Part shown: piece after piece, positions 60,931 to 63,433 of the stretch
Position numbering within the stretch: position 1 is the first letter of the stretch
How the letters are laid out: each line of letters starts with the position of its first letter
DNA from: Chlorokybus atmophyticus
Taxonomy: Eukaryota; Plantae; Mesostigma and Chlorokybus algae
Assembly (NCBI GenBank): GCA_009103225.1
Contig: RHPI01002368.1
Span: 963,226 to 1,026,658, forward strand
Direction of reading: 5' to 3'
DNA: 63,433 bases
Translations under genes and position numbers: made by a program
Notes under the pieces: generated by a model
Told to the model about the DNA's origin: nothing
Databases searched by the model: none
Seen by the model: only the letters and a program-made list of their open reading frames with translations

Positions 60931-61499
60931 GTGACACGCGTGGAATGTTGGCATTGCATACGAGCCTCAGACAGACAATGATTGTATTATTGTACACGTT
61001 TGGCAATCTTGTGGTATCATTGACCCATTTCACAAATACTTGCTGTGCGGTGGCTTGTATGTTTGTTCCAGATTGCCAAGTGACTGGTACTTGTACTGGT
61101 ATGTGTATGAGTCACATATAGTGCGTGTGCATGTGCACCTTGTACGCAACCAAAGCACTTGGATTACATGACAGTATGTTTCTCCTTCCATATGACAGGA
61201 TGGGCGTCCAGACAGAGAGAATGCATTGAACAACTTACATGGATGGTCGAACGCAGAGCATGAGAGCGCGGCCTGCTGCTTAAGAATGTCTTCACGCAGA
61301 TTGCCCGCATTAAGTATTGGTGGCGTATGTGTTTGTCCACTTCATGTGCGTGTGCCATGCATGAGTGCGTGTGTATACATGCACGAACGAGTGCATGCAC
61401 GCGGTCGTTGCTTCTGAATTTGTGCGTGTGCAAGCTGATTTTGAATCAATCATAAGTGTGTACTAGTTTTGTGCGTATACGTATGTGTTTTGTTTGCGC

Positions 61500-63290
61500 A
61501 TATGCATGCGCACGTACTCTCGCGCACAAAGAACATCATTGCCAGAGATAATTCCCCACGACCCAACACGCGCATCATACTCCACGCTCCTGGCCGTGCG
61601 ACTACCAAAGCCATCATCGCTCAACTTCGCCTACTGCCCGGCAACACACTCACAATTAAGGTGAAGGACGACGAAGGAGAGTGCTGGCCGCACGCACACG
61701 CATGCGCTCACGCACTCACTCACACTTACTCTCGTACACGCGCAGACTTTTCTGCTGCGCAACGTGGTGGACTTGCCTCTTTGCTGCCGCTGGTCGTTGT
61801 TGCCGCCCTTCCACATGGGTTTGCAGAAGAGAAAGCAAGCAGCTCAACAGAAGGAGCAGGAGGCGGCGATGGTGCTGGCGCGGGGGCAGCGCTCTGAGAT
61901 CTGCGTTGGGTATGAGACTACGGAAGCTGCCGCATGTATTTACTTGCAAGGTGGACGTGTGGCTTGCGCGATCCTTGTTGCATTGACATATGTGCGTAGT
62001 AGAGAGGAATCGTGATACACGCGCAGGCAGTATATATGCGAGATTGATGGCGTGGCGCCGCACTCCATCAATCTGCGCGAGGTTGCAATTGGTAAATACG
62101 CGTTCTTGTCGATGAACCTCGACGCCCTCGACATTGGTGAGGTGTACGCCGGCACCACAGCCGAACATCAGGTCTGAGACATGCTCTCTCATTCATGCTG
62201 GGCAGGTCCACTGCCACGCCCCATGCACACACACGCACGCGCATGCGCACGCACCCCACGCCCACACACATACATGCGCACGCGCACGCGCACGGGCACA
62301 CGCGCACGCGCCCACATGCACAGAGACTCACGCACGCACGCACGCACGCGCACGCGCGCGCGCGCCAGGTTTTGCGCAACGCGAGCGCTCTTGGACGCGT
62401 CCTTCCCTCTGGCGTCCTCCAGTACGACAAGTCCTTGTCCGTGACGAGTACACTCGCTCCCTCCGTCGCGGGCTCAGAGGAAAGGCGTTCGCACTCCTCG
62501 TGGCGGGAGGAAAGCCTCTTCTGCAACCGATGCAACGGGAGGCGCATGGTTCAGCGCTCGGAGGAGGAGAGAGCGCATCACCTTCGGGGACGTAACCTTC
62601 CAGCCCGCCTACGCCGCTTGCTACCACAGGTCAGGCACCACAAGCATGCGCGTGCGCGTGACAAACAACAGATTGAGGAATAGCCCGGTTGTAAGCGGCT
62701 TTATGGCTGTTGACGGCTGATGTCACTCGCACTAGCCTAGTGCAGATCACCCTCGGAGGGTGATCCTTGCTGCTTGGTCAAGGATGGCGCACGGGTCCCG
62801 GACCGTTGCGGCGGACGTGGTAGGCACATGTTGGGGGATGACAGGACACGACGGCGACGCCCCTCTCTGGCACAGGTTTATCATGTTGGCCAATGAGATG
62901 GTAATGTGCAACTCTCTCCCACCTTGCGCAGAGGGCGTCACTAGGCATCTTTGCTCCCCTTCCTCTGTAGGTGCATATAGGGACAAGGCACGATGCTTAT
63001 TCATCCCATGCTACTGCGAGTCCAGCACCGCCCCGTGCTCATGATGGACACCCCTATCAAAAGTGCTATTGTGATATTTTGTTATTGTTGCCGTCAGCAC
63101 ACCTACTAAAATGCACCAAGATCCTACGCTGGAGCTGTGGACCGCGTTGTCTGTTTGCCGACGCCGCATCCAACACCAACACCATTGGAACATCCTTGTC
63201 TGACTTGTGGACATTGGCGCCAGCTCAGGCTCCCGGATGACTGATGAATTTATCGTGGACACTAAACTCATCAGAGCCCAGGAGGTGGGA
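61500..63290 (+). other. Exon-like coding remnants of an unidentified gene or pseudogene (strand and model uncertain)
   Basis: A plausible GT-AG join gives GQRSEICVG|QYICEIDGVAPHSINLREVAIGKYAFLSMNLDALDIGEVYAGTTAEHQ. Other segments read RITFGDVTFQPAYAACYH and HWNILV*LVDIGASSGSRMTDEFIVDTKLIRAQE. CA-repeat introns lie between them. I could not build a continuous frame or recognise a family. Confidence 0.25.
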
Positions 63291-63433
63291 TGGCATGTGT
63301 GGCAGGGGAGACTGCGACCAGACAGGGCGAGAGCAAGCAGGCTGTGTGTGGCCAAGAGCGCGCACGCGGTCGTGGTGTAAAGGTGTGCGGGTGTGGATGC
63401 ACGTGTGTAAGAGATAAACACGTGTGTGTGGGG

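Noticed and set aside
63190-63215. In-frame TGA as selenocysteine or read-through
   Set aside because: No redox-type context, no identifiable SECIS, and the gene model itself is unsupported.

Overview
Eukaryotic nuclear DNA with GT-AG introns rich in TG/CA microsatellites, one nuclear tRNA gene and four N-gaps. The gene content suggests a green-lineage alga, but that is inference. I rebuilt gene models by hand from splice sites. Genes in order: a TMEM2/CEMIP-like G8 plus beta-helix protein (minus strand, runs off the left edge), head-to-head with a JMJD5/KDM8-like JmjC oxygenase; tRNA-Glu(CTC); three apparently intact 17-exon paralogs plus one pseudogene fragment of a secreted bacterial-type subtilase with a non-canonical (Glu/Asp/Ser-like) active site; a secreted SMP-30/gluconolactonase-like beta-propeller; a secreted PAP28/29-like metallophosphoesterase; and an unresolved exon-like region at the right end. 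Between the genes lie decayed Ty3/Gypsy elements (integrase plus PHD finger), LINEs (APE-RT-RNase H) and two copies of a ~520-540 bp TRIM-like LTR element. Most notable: (1) the TRIM carries tRNA-type Pol III A and B boxes straddling its LTR/PBS junction; (2) the intron-rich, expanded variant subtilase family, whose oxyanion-hole Asn sits in a skippable 30-nt micro-exon; (3) a triple array of ~32-bp palindromes behind each subtilase stop codon; (4) P1BS-like and GTAC motifs suggesting a nutrient-starvation-regulated cluster of secreted hydrolases.
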